Assembly: GCA_963799615.1 (NCBI GenBank)
Contig: CAWCXS010000003.1
Location: 18,250 to 82,249, forward strand
Length of the DNA stretch: 64,000 nt
From: an uncultured Gaiellaceae bacterium
Lineage (GTDB): Bacteria; Actinomycetota; Thermoleophilia; Gaiellales; Gaiellaceae
Reading direction: 5' to 3'
This document shows positions 19,240 through 29,847 of the stretch, one piece after another. The position numbers were made by a program, and so were the translations under genes. The notes under the pieces are model-generated. The model was not told the origin of the DNA. It was given only the letters and a program-made list of their open reading frames with translations, and searched no databases. Position 1 is the first letter of the stretch, and the number at the start of each line of letters is the position of its first letter.

Positions 19240-19951
19240 GCGTATGAGACGGGTCGTGCCACACGCCTGGGAGATCGCCGGGCGGCCCGTCGAAGACGAT
19301 CGCGCCGCGCACGAGCACGAGGCGGCCAACGATGTGCTCGACGGCGCCGAACTCGTGCGAGACGTACAGGATCGTGACACCGAGATCGCTCCTCAGCTCG
19401 TCGAGGAGGACGCCGAGCGATCCTTGCGACTCGGCGTCGACACCCGTCGTGGGCTCGTCGAGGGCAAGGAGTGCGGGCTCTGACGCGAGCGCCTTGGCGA
19501 TCAGCGCACGCTGCTGCATGCCGCCCGAGAGCGTGCGCAGCGGCGCATCGGCGCGGTCCTGCAAGCCGACGGTGCGGATGGCGCGCGTGACGGCATCGCG
19601 GTCTGCTCTGCGCAGCGGGCCCCAGATGCCGGCGGGTGCGAGCCGCCCGGCCGTCACCACCTCGCGGACGGTCACGGGCGCCTCGCCGATGACGCGTGCA
19701 CGCTGGGGCAGATAGCCGATGCGGTGCTCTCGGGTTCTGCGGCCCGGTTGGTCGCCGAAGACCTCGACTCTGCCTGAGGTGGGGCGCTCCAGCCCGAGCA
19801 CGAGCCGCAGCAGCGTCGTCTTGCCGCCCCCGTTGGGTCCGGCGATCGCTATGAACTCGCCCGCACGGACGGCCAGGCTGACATCGCCGAGCACGGGCAT
19901 CCCCGCCCGATAGGCGAACGAGACCCGGTCGAGCTCGACCGCTAGCGACAT
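19232..19951 (-). CDS. znuC: Zn/Mn ABC transporter ATP-binding protein
   Basis: [30 protein letters not shown]. Confidence 0.9.
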   Translation of the reverse strand: MSLAVELDRVSFAYRAGMPVLGDVSLAVRAGEFIAIAGPNGGGKTTLLRLVLGLERPTSGRVEVFGDQPGRRTREHRIGYLPQRARVIGEAPVTVREVVTAGRLAPAGIWGPLRRADRDAVTRAIRTVGLQDRADAPLRTLSGGMQQRALIAKALASEPALLALDEPTTGVDAESQGSLGVLLDELRSDLGVTILYVSHEFGAVEHIVGRLVLVRGAIVFDGPPGDLPGVWHDPSHTHV

Positions 19952-20793
19952 CCGAGAGCCCCGCGCAGCGCCGCCAGGTTCGCCCGCATGACGGAGAAGT
20001 AATCGTCCCCTGCCGCGATCTGCTCGTCGGTGAGACCCTCGAGCGGGTTGAGCACGGCGGTCTGGACGCCGGCTTCGCGCGCGACCGTCTGCGCGAGCTT
20101 CGGGGAGAGGAGCGTCTCGAAGAACACCGTCGTCACGCCTGTCCGCTGGACGAGCCGCACGAGATCCGTAATGCCGCGCGCCGAGGGCTCGGCCTCCGGC
20201 GACAGCCCTTCGAGCGGAACCTGCTCGAGGCCGTACCGCCGTGCGAGATAGCCGAACGCCGCATGGCTGGTGACGATCTGGTGGCGCTGGCACGTCTTCA
20301 GACCGTTCCGATAGTCGGCATCAAGGCGGTCGAGCCGGGCGCTCAGCGATTGCGCTGCCGCGCCCGCATGCAACGCCTTCGCGAGCGACCGCACCATGCG
20401 CGCATACCGAACCGGGTCGAGCCAGACGTGAGGATCCATGACCGGCTTGCCGTTCTCGCCCTTGCCGGCGGAGAGCTGCTGCCCGGCAAGCAGGTCGAGC
20501 GACGTCCCTGAGCGGTTCGCCACCGCCTTCTCCAGTCCCGGCATGAATCCCTGACCGAGGTAGACGACGAGATCGGCTTCGTCGACCTCCTTCACGTCGC
20601 CTGCGGAGAGCTCGAGATCGTGGGGCTCGGCGCCGGCAGGCGTCAGGTTGCGCACGTGCACGCCCGAGCCGCCGAGCTGCTGCGCCGCATAGGCGAGCGG
20701 ATAGAAGGCCGCCACGACCCGCTCCGTCGCGCCGTCTCCGCCCGGGCGGCTGCCGCAACCCGTCATGGCAAGAAGAGCTGCCGCCAACACCAT
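19942..20793 (-). CDS. znuA: Zn ABC transporter substrate-binding lipoprotein
   Basis: Lipobox MTGC; EPHD, DPHVWLDP, SHAAFGY, EAEPS, NPLEG. Confidence 0.88.
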   Translation of the reverse strand: MVLAAALLAMTGCGSRPGGDGATERVVAAFYPLAYAAQQLGGSGVHVRNLTPAGAEPHDLELSAGDVKEVDEADLVVYLGQGFMPGLEKAVANRSGTSLDLLAGQQLSAGKGENGKPVMDPHVWLDPVRYARMVRSLAKALHAGAAAQSLSARLDRLDADYRNGLKTCQRHQIVTSHAAFGYLARRYGLEQVPLEGLSPEAEPSARGITDLVRLVQRTGVTTVFFETLLSPKLAQTVAREAGVQTAVLNPLEGLTDEQIAAGDDYFSVMRANLAALRGALGCR

Positions 20794-20795
20794 CG

Positions 20796-20854
20796 TGAGA
20801 ACGATTCTTGAAATCAAGATGGCCACGATAGCACGTCTTTGAGAACCGCTATCA
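20796..20854. promoter_or_regulatory. Two imperfect Fur/Zur-box-like 15-mers between divergent znuA and zur
   Basis: TGAGAACGATTCTTG (20796-20810) and TGAGAACCGCTATCA (20840-20854) share TGAGAAC and resemble the TGA-N9-TCA Fur-family palindrome. Confidence 0.45.
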
Positions 20855-20861
20855 TCAGGGG

Positions 20862-21311
20862 GTGACGACCACCACTGCCCCATGGACGGAGCACGCGCTC
20901 GACGGGCTCCGCGATGCAGGCTTACGCCGAGGGGGGGCGCGCCACGCCGTGGTTGCGCACCTCGGCCGGCAGCCGTGTTGCCTGTCCGCGCAAGAGATCT
21001 TCGACGGCATTCGCGCCGGCGGCGGACGAATCGGCATCGCGAGCGTCTACCGCGTGCTCGAGCAGCTCGCAGAGCTGCGGCTCGTGCAGCGCGTGGATAT
21101 CGGCGACGGAGTCGCCCGTTTCGAGCCCGCACATGCCGACGGGGATCATCACCATCACCTCGTCTGCGACGACTGCGGCAAGGTCGAGTCCTTCTCGGAC
21201 GTCCCGCTCGAGCGGGCACTCGAGCGCGTGGCGGGCACGCGCGGCTACGAGATGGACGCTCACGAGGTCGTATTGCACGGCGCCTGCGGCGACTGCCGTC
21301 CAGGCGCTTGA
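20862..21311 (+). CDS. zur: Fur-family regulator, probably Zur
   Basis: ASVYRVL helix, HHHHLVCDDCG, terminal CGDC; divergent from znuACB. Confidence 0.8.
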   Translation: MTTTTAPWTEHALDGLRDAGLRRGGARHAVVAHLGRQPCCLSAQEIFDGIRAGGGRIGIASVYRVLEQLAELRLVQRVDIGDGVARFEPAHADGDHHHHLVCDDCGKVESFSDVPLERALERVAGTRGYEMDAHEVVLHGACGDCRPGA

Positions 21312-21351
21312 CGCTCGGTCGCAGTCGTAGGCTGCGCACCAAAGGAGGTAC

Positions 21352-21987
21352 GTGTTGGGCCGTCACAAGTTGAAGCCGGGTGCATCTGCGGTTCTCGGCG
21401 ACCGCATCCGCCAGTTGCGAAAGGCGCGCGGGTTGACCTTGAAGGAGCTGGGGAGCCGAACCGGCTTGTCCCATGCCTTCCTGAGCCAGGTCGAGCGCGG
21501 GCTTGCACGGCCCAGCATGACGACGCTGGGCGAAATCGCCGAAGCGCTCGGGATCGGCACCTCGGCGCTCCTGTCGCAGCCCTCGACCGGCTTTGCACGA
21601 ATCGTGCGCCGCGATTCCGCACCGATGGTGTTCACGAGGACCGAGGAGTCCCCGGTCGACGCGTGGGCCCTCACCGGTGAGAACGCGCTGATCAACGTGA
21701 TCGAGATCGCCGGCAGTTTCGCGCGCTCGGAGCTCATGGCCCACCCGGGAGAAGAGGCGGTCTACGTCGTCGAGGGAGAGATCGAGGTGATCCTGGGCGA
21801 GGAGAGCTACGTGCTCGGCCCGGGCGACGTACTCAACTTCGACTGCACGGTCGTCCATACGTACCGTACGGTCGGGACAGTGGCGCCACGGTTCCTCGTC
21901 ATCGTCGTCGATCCCGGCCGCTACGCGAGCCAGGTCGAAGAAGGTGTGTACGAGTCCCGCCAGGCAGCAAGGTCCACTTCGCCGTAA
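21352..21987 (+). CDS. XRE-family HTH regulator with cupin domain
   Basis: TLKELG..TGLSHAFLSQVERG and HPGEEAVYVVEG. Confidence 0.9.
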   Translation: MLGRHKLKPGASAVLGDRIRQLRKARGLTLKELGSRTGLSHAFLSQVERGLARPSMTTLGEIAEALGIGTSALLSQPSTGFARIVRRDSAPMVFTRTEESPVDAWALTGENALINVIEIAGSFARSELMAHPGEEAVYVVEGEIEVILGEESYVLGPGDVLNFDCTVVHTYRTVGTVAPRFLVIVVDPGRYASQVEEGVYESRQAARSTSP

Positions 21988-22031
21988 CCGACACGGAAGC
22001 GTCGCGGATGAGAACTATTTAGGATCGCGTC

Positions 22032-22631
22032 ATGGCCGCTTCAGCCCAGGCCGTCGCTGCACCACACACACCGGCTGCACGCCCCAAGGTGGTGATCGTG
22101 CCGGTCATGGGGCTGCCGATCGTGGCCCTGGTTCTGCTCGGGGTTGTCGTGGCGATCGCCCGCGACGCACGGTGGGGTCTCGTGTTCATTCACGTCGTCG
22201 GCGGCGGCCTCTGGACGGCGATCGACCTGTTCGTCGGCTTCGTGATCGGCCCCATCATCGGACGTATGTCGATTCCCGCGCGGATGGAGTTCTCGACGCG
22301 GTTCATGCCCAAGATGCTGTTGATCATGCCGACGGTCGTCACGATGACCCTCGCGGCAGGTTTCCAGCTTGCTCGGCAGGACGGATTCCTCGACACGTCG
22401 AACCCACGGCATGCCTGGGTCGTCGCGTCGTTCGCCGTGGTCGGCGTGATGGCGGTGATCGCGCTCGCCTACCTCGAGCCTGCGAATGTCGCGGTGTTGT
22501 TCGAGCTGCGCAAGGCGGAGCCGGACGGAAGGGTGATCGAGAAGCTGATGCGCCGCTTCGTCTACACCGCCGGAATCACGGGTGTCATGCAGGTCGCGAC
22601 CCTGATCATCATGACGAGACTCGTCAGTTGA
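22032..22631 (+). CDS. Multi-pass membrane protein of unknown function
   Basis: About five hydrophobic segments; IHVVGGGLW. Confidence 0.75.
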   Translation: MAASAQAVAAPHTPAARPKVVIVPVMGLPIVALVLLGVVVAIARDARWGLVFIHVVGGGLWTAIDLFVGFVIGPIIGRMSIPARMEFSTRFMPKMLLIMPTVVTMTLAAGFQLARQDGFLDTSNPRHAWVVASFAVVGVMAVIALAYLEPANVAVLFELRKAEPDGRVIEKLMRRFVYTAGITGVMQVATLIIMTRLVS

Positions 22632-23056
22632 GCACGCCGGAGCACGCACAGGCATGGGGCGCGAGCCTGGTCGACCGCCGGCTGCCACCGGTCACCGAGA
22701 TCGGCGCCGCGTCGATGATTGCGATCGCCGGAGGCGTGATCTACCTTGCCTCGTACCTGCCGAAGCACGCTCCGCTCGGCTTCGCGATCGTTCTGCTCCT
22801 GCTCGCGGCAGCGCTCCAGGTGACCAACGCGCTCCTCCTCTCCCGGGTGCGCCCCTTCGCCTGGAAGCGCTTCTTTCAGGTCGGGCGGTGGGCGCTGCTC
22901 GCGTATGCGGTCATCGCAGGGGTGATCGAGTTTGCGTTCGTCTACGACCACACACGAGGGGCGCCGCTCGTCGTCATGACGCTGATGCTCGTGCTGTTCA
23001 TGCTGAACGTGCCGGTGTTGATCGCATTCACGGTCGCCCGGTATGAAGCGCCGTGA
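22628..23056 (+). CDS. Membrane protein of unknown function
   Basis: TTG start overlaps the upstream stop; about four hydrophobic segments (C-terminal part of the 21944..23056 ORF). Confidence 0.7.
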   Translation: MSTPEHAQAWGASLVDRRLPPVTEIGAASMIAIAGGVIYLASYLPKHAPLGFAIVLLLLAAALQVTNALLLSRVRPFAWKRFFQVGRWALLAYAVIAGVIEFAFVYDHTRGAPLVVMTLMLVLFMLNVPVLIAFTVARYEAP

Positions 23057-23097
23057 AGTCGATGTAGCTCGAGCTCGCGCGTCCCTACAGGCAGGGG

Positions 23098-24315
23098 CTA
23101 CTTGACGAGGCTGAGCAGCTTGAACATCGGCAGGTACATGCTGATGATGATCACGCCGACCATCATGCCGACGCCGACCATCATCAACGGCTCGATGATC
23201 GAGGTCAGGGCCTGGATCGACGCGTCGACCTCGTCCTCGTAGAAGTCGGCCACCTTCGAGAGCATCTTCTCGAGCTCGCCGGTCTCCTCACCGATCTTCA
23301 CCATCTGCGCCACCATTGGAGGGAAGATGGCGCTGTCGATCAGCGGCTGGGCGATCGAGGCACCTTCCTGCACGCGCAGCCGCAGGCTCGCGGTCTCTTC
23401 CTCGACGACCCAGTTGCCCGTCGTCTGCGCGGTGATCTCGAGCGCGCGCATGATGTCCACGCCCGACGCGATCAGCGTCGAGAGCGTGCGCGACCAGCGT
23501 GCCATCGCGACCTTCAGCACGACCGAGCCGATTCCCATCGGGACGCGCAGCTTGAAGCGATCCCATGCCTGCCGGCCTGGCTCTGTCTTCTTCCACTTCT
23601 TGAACCCGAAGATGATGGCAAACACGGCGGGGAAGATGATGTACCAGTAGCCGCGCAGTCCGTTGGACGCGTGCATCACGTACTGGGTCAGGGTCGGCAG
23701 CTTGCCGCCGAGCTGGTCGAAGATCTTGACGAAGATCGGGACGAGGAACAGCAGCATTCCGGTCATCACGAGCGATGCGAACGTGAGCACGACCATCGGG
23801 TAGATCATCGCCCCCTTGACGCGGCGCTTGATCTTCTGCTCCTTCTCGATCTGAATCGCGACGCGGTCGAGCACGGTGTCGAGCACACCGGCGGCCTCGC
23901 CGGCCTCCACCATGGCGATGTAGAGGCGGCTGAAGATCTCCGGGTGCTGCGACATCGCCTCCGACAGCAGCGAGCCCGTCTCGACGTTCTCCCGGATGTC
24001 GTCGATGACGCCCTGCAGTGCCGGATCGTCCGTCTGCTGCTCCAGGATGACGAGTGCCGTCACGACGGAGAGGCCGGCCTCGATCATCGTCGCGAACTGA
24101 CGCGAGAACACCTGCAGCGACTTCGGCTTCATCTTCTTGTCGAAGAAGCCACGCTTGGACTTGACGACCGTTGGGCCTGTCAGCTCCTCGACCCACTGGG
24201 CGAGGAGCCCGTTGCCGCGGAGCTGATCGCGGGCGGCCGAGAGGTCCGGTGCCTGCAGCTCGCCGGCGAGCTCGACGCCCTGGGCGTTGATCGCGCTATA
24301 GGAAAACGACGGCAT
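23098..24315 (-). CDS. pilC: Type IV pilus platform protein (T2SS F family)
   Basis: FSRQFATMIEAG, AGEAAGVL, YP.VV, MVKIGEETGEL, IEPLM. Confidence 0.95.
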   Translation of the reverse strand: MPSFSYSAINAQGVELAGELQAPDLSAARDQLRGNGLLAQWVEELTGPTVVKSKRGFFDKKMKPKSLQVFSRQFATMIEAGLSVVTALVILEQQTDDPALQGVIDDIRENVETGSLLSEAMSQHPEIFSRLYIAMVEAGEAAGVLDTVLDRVAIQIEKEQKIKRRVKGAMIYPMVVLTFASLVMTGMLLFLVPIFVKIFDQLGGKLPTLTQYVMHASNGLRGYWYIIFPAVFAIIFGFKKWKKTEPGRQAWDRFKLRVPMGIGSVVLKVAMARWSRTLSTLIASGVDIMRALEITAQTTGNWVVEEETASLRLRVQEGASIAQPLIDSAIFPPMVAQMVKIGEETGELEKMLSKVADFYEDEVDASIQALTSIIEPLMMVGVGMMVGVIIISMYLPMFKLLSLVK

Positions 24316-24326
24316 CTAGCGTCTCC

Positions 24327-24353
24327 TATCGGTCGAAACGACGGACAACGTGA
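24327..24353 (-). promoter_or_regulatory. Sigma-28-like promoter of pilC
   Basis: TCAC-N16-ACCGATA. Confidence 0.65.
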
Positions 24354-24365
24354 ATGGCTCCGGCT

Positions 24366-25229
24366 CTACTTCGACGCGGTCGAGACATCGACAGTCGAGG
24401 AACCCGTCGTCGTCGGCGCGGTCTGACCGGACGTGTCGGCGGCCGAGGATCCGGCCGTGAAGCCTTCGACCGTCTCAGGCGTCGTACCGGTGTACACGAG
24501 CTTGATCTGGTAGCGGGCACCCGTCGCCGTGTTGACGAGCGTGATGCTCTTGTCCATCTTCAGCACGAGCAGCTTCCCGTTGGCGAACGCACCTCCGGCA
24601 ACGCCGATCTTCGCGGTCTTGGGCTTGATCTTGACCAGCTCGAACACGGGGTCGCTCGCCGGGAACGTGCCTTTCGCCTGCAGGTACTCGGCCGTGCCGT
24701 TGATCACGAGCGTGGCGTCGGTCAGCACTGGCTCCTCGGGCTTGGCGGGGGCTGCTCCTGCCGATCCGCCCGCTCCAGCCGACCCGGTGTCACCCGTTGC
24801 CGGCGTGGTCGAGGTGCCCGCGGGGGGCGTACCCGACCCGGTGTCGGGCGTGGTCGTCGTGTCCGAGGTGACCGGCGACGTGTCGGAGGCCGGCTTGTCG
24901 CCCACCTGCTGGACGAAGGGGTCCTTCGTCGCGAAGAGCGAGAACGAGATCAGCTTGCCCTGCGTCGGGTCGCGGCAGGGGTCGTCGACGAGGCTCCGGA
25001 GAGCACCGGCGCCGTTGGAGTCGCAGTGCGGCGTCCGCGTAGCAGGCGTGGCGTGGCGCCTGCCGTCGTGTCGACCGGCACCGCGGCAGGCGTGGAGCGA
25101 GCTGCCGACAGTCAGCTTGGGTACCTGGATCACGGCGATCACGACCAGCACGGCTCCGATGACGCCGAGCATGATCTTCTGCTTGCGCGCCTTGGCTGCC
25201 GCCGGGTCTATTTTCTGGGTCTTCGCCAT
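24366..25229 (-). CDS. Pilus alignment protein, PilP/GspC-like position (TM anchor, KDPF motif, beta-rich C-terminus)
   Basis: Last gene of the pilT-M/N-O run; TGATG coupling with pilO; one segment may be locally frameshifted. Confidence 0.6.
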   Translation of the reverse strand: MAKTQKIDPAAAKARKQKIMLGVIGAVLVVIAVIQVPKLTVGSSLHACRGAGRHDGRRHATPATRTPHCDSNGAGALRSLVDDPCRDPTQGKLISFSLFATKDPFVQQVGDKPASDTSPVTSDTTTTPDTGSGTPPAGTSTTPATGDTGSAGAGGSAGAAPAKPEEPVLTDATLVINGTAEYLQAKGTFPASDPVFELVKIKPKTAKIGVAGGAFANGKLLVLKMDKSITLVNTATGARYQIKLVYTGTTPETVEGFTAGSSAADTSGQTAPTTTGSSTVDVSTASK

Positions 25230-25891
25230 CAGGGAGTCGCTCCTGCTGCGACCGTCCCGCTGGAGGACGGAGTAGTGGACGGGGTCGTACCTGTGTCGGC
25301 AGCCGGGGGCGCGCCGCTGAAGGTGAAGGACTGAAGGGTGACGTCGCCTTGACGACCGGGAACTCCGCGTCGTCGGCCTTGGCGAGATCGACGCCCGTGA
25401 CCGAGTACAGCCGTCCACGGGCATCGAGCGTGCTCTTGCGAACGCGAACCAGCCCTCGGATGTCCCCGAGGAATCCCGAGACGCTGCTGAAGCGGCCTTG
25501 CAGCACGAGGGTCAGGGGCTGGGCGCTGTAGCCGGAACCCGCGACGGCCGAGGCAGGAGCGATCGAGGTGAACGTGAGCGAGTGCGTTCTTCGCGACGCG
25601 GTTGACGTCGAGAATCACCCCGGCCATGCCGACGCCGTCGGGCAACGCCTTCGTGAGCCGGTACGTGTCGCTCGCCCGAACCTTGACATCGGCCGAAGGA
25701 CGCGCGAGCGCCTGCTGCCGCGTGACGAGCTCGGTCTGCGCGGCCTCGACACTCTGCTTGAGGTCACCGACCTTGCTCCGCTGCGGAGACACGACCAGGA
25801 GCCAGGCAGCGGCGAGCACGAGGACGAGCCCGAACCCACCGACCGCGAGGCGAGCGCGGGTCGACGAAAGACGTTCGTTGAGCGCCTTCAT
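25229..25891 (-). CDS. pilO: Type IV pilus protein PilO-like; compensating frameshifts near 25570 and 25350
   Basis: TM segment, coiled coil, KALPDGVGMAGVILDV, then LQGRFSSVSGFLGDIR...LYSVTGVDL in an alternate frame. Confidence 0.7.
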   Translation of the reverse strand: MKALNERLSSTRARLAVGGFGLVLVLAAAWLLVVSPQRSKVGDLKQSVEAAQTELVTRQQALARPSADVKVRASDTYRLTKALPDGVGMAGVILDVNRVAKNALAHVHLDRSCLGRRGFRLQRPAPDPRAARPLQQRLGIPRGHPRAGSRSQEHARCPWTAVLGHGRRSRQGRRRGVPGRQGDVTLQSFTFSGAPPAADTGTTPSTTPSSSGTVAAGATP

Positions 25892-28625
25892 CGTGAACCT
25901 CCGTTGACCAGGTCGGCGAGGATGGTGAAGTGGACGGCGTTGCGGTCTCCGACCTTCTCGACGGAGCTCGACGACAGCGTCACGTTGGTGAGCGTCGGCA
26001 GCGTCGCGAGACGTGCGAGCAAGCGGGCGACATCCGGCTGCGTGTACGTGAAGCCGTCGATCGTCACTCCCTGCGAGCCGGTAGCGGCGGGAGCGGCTGC
26101 CGCGGCGGCAGGATCAGCCGAGGCGGGAACCGTGGCGCCGACATGCTGCAGCCAGACGTTCTTGGGGAGCGCGCGTGAGAGGTCGCGGAACACGTTCTCC
26201 CAGGCGAAGCGTCCTCCGAGCACGCTCGCAACTGCTGTTGCCCGCGCCTGCTGGTCGCTGCGCGAGATTCTCGTCGATCTGCGGCTTGGTCGGCAGCGGC
26301 AGCGCATTGATCGCCGTGCGCACAGCATCCAGCTGGGACTGCTGCTTGCCGGCGTCGCCGTGGGCCTGGACGAACAGAAGCCCGAGTGCTGCGACCGGGA
26401 CTGCGACGGCCACGGGGATGGCCACCTGAAGGAGGCTCGGTCGTCCGCGTGCCGGCTTCTTCGACTCGCCGGCGAGCAGGTCGACGCTGCGAACTGCGCC
26501 GTCGTCGATCGCGAGCCCGATCGGAACAGCCATCGAACCGATCGTCCCTTCGAGCGAGAGGTCGATGTCGGTGCGATTGACGACTCGCTGCAGGGGATCG
26601 CCGACGCGGACCGAGACGCCGATCATCTGGTGGAGCACGTCGGCGAGGCCCTCGAGATGTGAGGTGCCACCGGTGATGACGATCTCGCCGATGCCGAGCG
26701 ATTCGGGCTGAGTCTGGTAGAACTGGAGCGAGCTCACGAGTTCGCGCGCGAACGGCGTCAGTCGGAGCCGCATCGCGTCGAGAACCTTGGCGCGGGCGTT
26801 GTCGTCGAGGCCTTCGAACTGGCGACCCGGGCCCGACAGCGAGAGATGGCGGAGGATGGTCGCAGCCTCGGCAGGATGGACCTCGAGCTCCTGCACGATT
26901 GCGTCTTGCAGCGCCCCTCCGCCCCAGTCGAAGACGCGGGTGAACTCGCACACGCCGCCGCCGGCGACGAGAAGCGTCGAAGATTCGTGTCCCATCGCGA
27001 CGACAACGGTGGCGGTGTCGTCGACTGTGCGAACGGCGAACGGCCGAGGCTCGACGAAGGCACGCAGCAGGCCGAGCGCCTCGAGATCGATGCCTGCGAG
27101 CCTGAGTCCGGCCCGGTTCGCTACCTCCTGATACGGCTCGACCTGATCGCGCGGGGCCACGACGAGCAGCACGCGGCGGGACGGCACGCCAGACTCACCC
27201 GGGCGCTCCTCGAGCACGCGGTAGTCCAGCAGCGACTCGTGTACGGCAACGGGAAGGACTTCGTGTGCCTTGAAGCGAACGGCGTTGTCGAACTGGGACT
27301 GGTCGTCGATGCCGACGATGTCGAGCGTGCGGACACCGATGCGGTTGCTGGCGAGGCCGATCCGGACATCCTTCTTGGGCAGCTTCTCCTCGTCGAAGAA
27401 CGTCTTCAGGGCGTGGGCGAGCGCGTCGGCATCGCGTACCTCACCGTCGACGACGATGCCGTCGGCCAGTGGCCGCCGTGCGAGCTCGACGAGCTCGTTG
27501 CCGGCGTCGGTCTCCACGACGACCGCGGCGGCGAGCTGTGACGCACCGATCTTGAGACCGACGATCTTGCGGCCCTTCGCCGTACGTCCTGCGGACCGCT
27601 TCGGCGAGGCGCTCGCGCCCGCACTCTTGCGTCCCAGGGTACGCCTTGATTTCAGATCGACTACCGGCGGGATCTGTTCGAACGGCAGCGGAGGCTCCTC
27701 CGCCAGCGGGGCAGGACTCCCCGGTTCGTCGGCGGTTGGCCACTCGGCAACCGGATGCTCAGAAGCCGAAGCCGCAGTCTCGAGCTCGGGCAGCTCGGCG
27801 CTGAGCCCTTCGGCGACGCTCTCGTTGGCCACGATCGCATCGGCGGCAACGGCATCGTCGGCGACGTGCAACTGCTCCTCTACCGAGGGCCACGCGGCGG
27901 CCTGCTCATGTAGCACGGGAGCGAACATGTCGACGTCGAGCTGCGCGACGGTCGGGATCGCCGGCTCTTCAGGCACCTCCGGCTCTTCAGGCACCTCCGG
28001 CGCAACGATCTCTGCCGCAAGTACCGGAACATCTGCGTCCTCCGGCTCGGTGACGAGCTCGGAGGCGGCCGGTGCAGGCGCTGCCGCGCTTGCGGCGGAA
28101 GGTGATCTCGCGCTTGTAAAACGGCTGCTTCTCGTCCGACTCGGGCTCGAGGTCATGCTCCGCGCCGAGCTGCGGCTCCGCCTCGGCAGCGACCGGCTCT
28201 GACACGAGCTCGTCAACCTCGTGCTCGTAGTTGGGGACGGTGGGCTCCTCCCCTTCGACGCTCGACATGACGCTGTGGAGGTCCGGGTCAGCGGGCGTCT
28301 GCCAGGGCGACGGCTCGTCATGGCCGTCGCCGGCCGGCGGGGTGGCGCTCGCAACAGGGGCCGTGTGGCGCTTGAAGGAAAGCTCGGTGCGGTAGTGCGG
28401 CTCTCCACGCTCGTCCTCGGGCGGAGCGAAGCCGATGGGGCGACGGCGCGGCTCGGAGGAGAAGCCGCCGAGGCGGGTGCCGCCGAAGCCGATGGCAGGG
28501 CCACCGTGGCCGGGAACGATCGGGTCGCCGGTGCGCGACGGGTCGAAGCTGGACGATGCGTCGCCGGCGGCGAAGTCGCCGTCGTGCGAGCGGCCGGACA
28601 GGGCAGTGCGAGGGTTCCAGGTCAT
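25888..28625 (-). CDS. pilM: Apparent single protein: long acidic N-terminal extension, PilM actin-like domain and PilN domain; frameshifts near 28088 and 26280
   Basis: IVGLKIGASQL, VITGGTSHL, VPIGLA run in frame into VRSVDLL, a TM segment and a coiled coil, then FAWENVFRDLSRALPKNVWL. No stop or start codon at the M/N junction (~26500). Confidence 0.75.
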
Positions 28626-28632
28626 ATGGCGG

Positions 28633-29811
28633 CTAGCTCCCGGCCACTCGCAGCGCCGCGCCGAGTCCCGGCGTGGCGGCAGGTGCGCCGTCGTTGGTCA
28701 TGGCAGGAATCGGAATACCGGCTCGTTCGAGCGCGGACACGAGCGCCTCGGGCCGGCTGGAGCGCGCGATCGCCTCCGGCACCGTGACGAGTTGCTTCTG
28801 GACGAGCTCCGTCAGCGACTGCTCCATCGTCTGCATGCCGCGTCGGGTGCCGGTCTGCATGTACGAGTAGACCTGTTCGACCTTTCCCTGACGGATCAGG
28901 TTTCGGATCGCGTCATCGAGGAACAGGATCTCCAGCCCGACTGCCCGACCCTTTCCGTCGATTGTCGGTAGCAAGGTCTGCGTGACGATGCCCTGCAGCG
29001 AGTTCGCGAGCTGCATGCGCACCTGATCCTGCTGCGACGCCGGAAAGACGTCGATGATGCGGTCGATCGTGCTCGGCGCGCTCTGGGTGTGGAGCGTGGC
29101 AAAGACGAGGTGGCCGGTCTCGGCCGCGGTCAGCGCAGTCGCAATCGTCTCGAGGTCGCGCATCTCGCCGAGGAGGATCACGTCCGGGTCCTGCCGGAGC
29201 GCCCCTCGCAGAGCCTCGGCGAACCCGGTCGCGTCATGCCCGACCTCGCGCTGGTTGATGATGCAGCGCTTGTGGTTGTGGAGGAACTCGATCGGATCCT
29301 CGATCGTGATGATGTGGTCGGTGCGCGTCCGGTTGATCTCGTCGATGATCGACGCGAGCGTCGTCGACTTGCCCGAGCCGGTCGGGCCGGTGACGAGCAC
29401 GAGGCCGCGCGGCTTCGACGTCAGCTCATGGAGGCTCGCGGGCAGGCCGAGCTCCTCGAGCGAGCGGATGTCGGTGGGGATCGTGCGAAACGCGGCGGCC
29501 AGGCTCTCGCGCTGATAGAAGGCGTTGACGCGGAAGCGTGCAAGCCCGCGGATGCCGTAGGCGAAGTCCAGCTGGCGGTTCAGCTCGAGCAGCTTCTGCT
29601 GCTCGGTCGTGGTGATGCGATAGACCAGCTCGCGCACGAGATCGGGCGTCAGCACCGGAAACTCTGACAGCAGCTCGATGTGCCCGTGCAGGCGCACGGC
29701 GGGCAGCGAGCCGGCCGTCAGGTGCAGGTCGGAGGCACCCAGTGTGACGGTGCGCTCGAGTACCGCATCGACGCCAAGCGGGGCGGCGTTGGGCTGGTCG
29801 GAGAGCTCCAC
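28633..29811 (-). CDS. pilT: Type IV pilus retraction ATPase
   Basis: GPTGSGKSTT, TIEDPIE, LRQDPDVILLGEMRD, TLHT, AIRNLIRQ. GTG start at 29811. Confidence 0.95.
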   Translation of the reverse strand: MELSDQPNAAPLGVDAVLERTVTLGASDLHLTAGSLPAVRLHGHIELLSEFPVLTPDLVRELVYRITTTEQQKLLELNRQLDFAYGIRGLARFRVNAFYQRESLAAAFRTIPTDIRSLEELGLPASLHELTSKPRGLVLVTGPTGSGKSTTLASIIDEINRTRTDHIITIEDPIEFLHNHKRCIINQREVGHDATGFAEALRGALRQDPDVILLGEMRDLETIATALTAAETGHLVFATLHTQSAPSTIDRIIDVFPASQQDQVRMQLANSLQGIVTQTLLPTIDGKGRAVGLEILFLDDAIRNLIRQGKVEQVYSYMQTGTRRGMQTMEQSLTELVQKQLVTVPEAIARSSRPEALVSALERAGIPIPAMTNDGAPAATPGLGAALRVAGS

Positions 29812-29820
29812 GGGGGCATC

Positions 29821-29847
29821 TATCGGCAGCCACCCCGCGCACCTTGA
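29821..29847 (-). promoter_or_regulatory. Sigma-28-like promoter of pilT
   Basis: TCAA-N16-GCCGATA. Confidence 0.7.
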
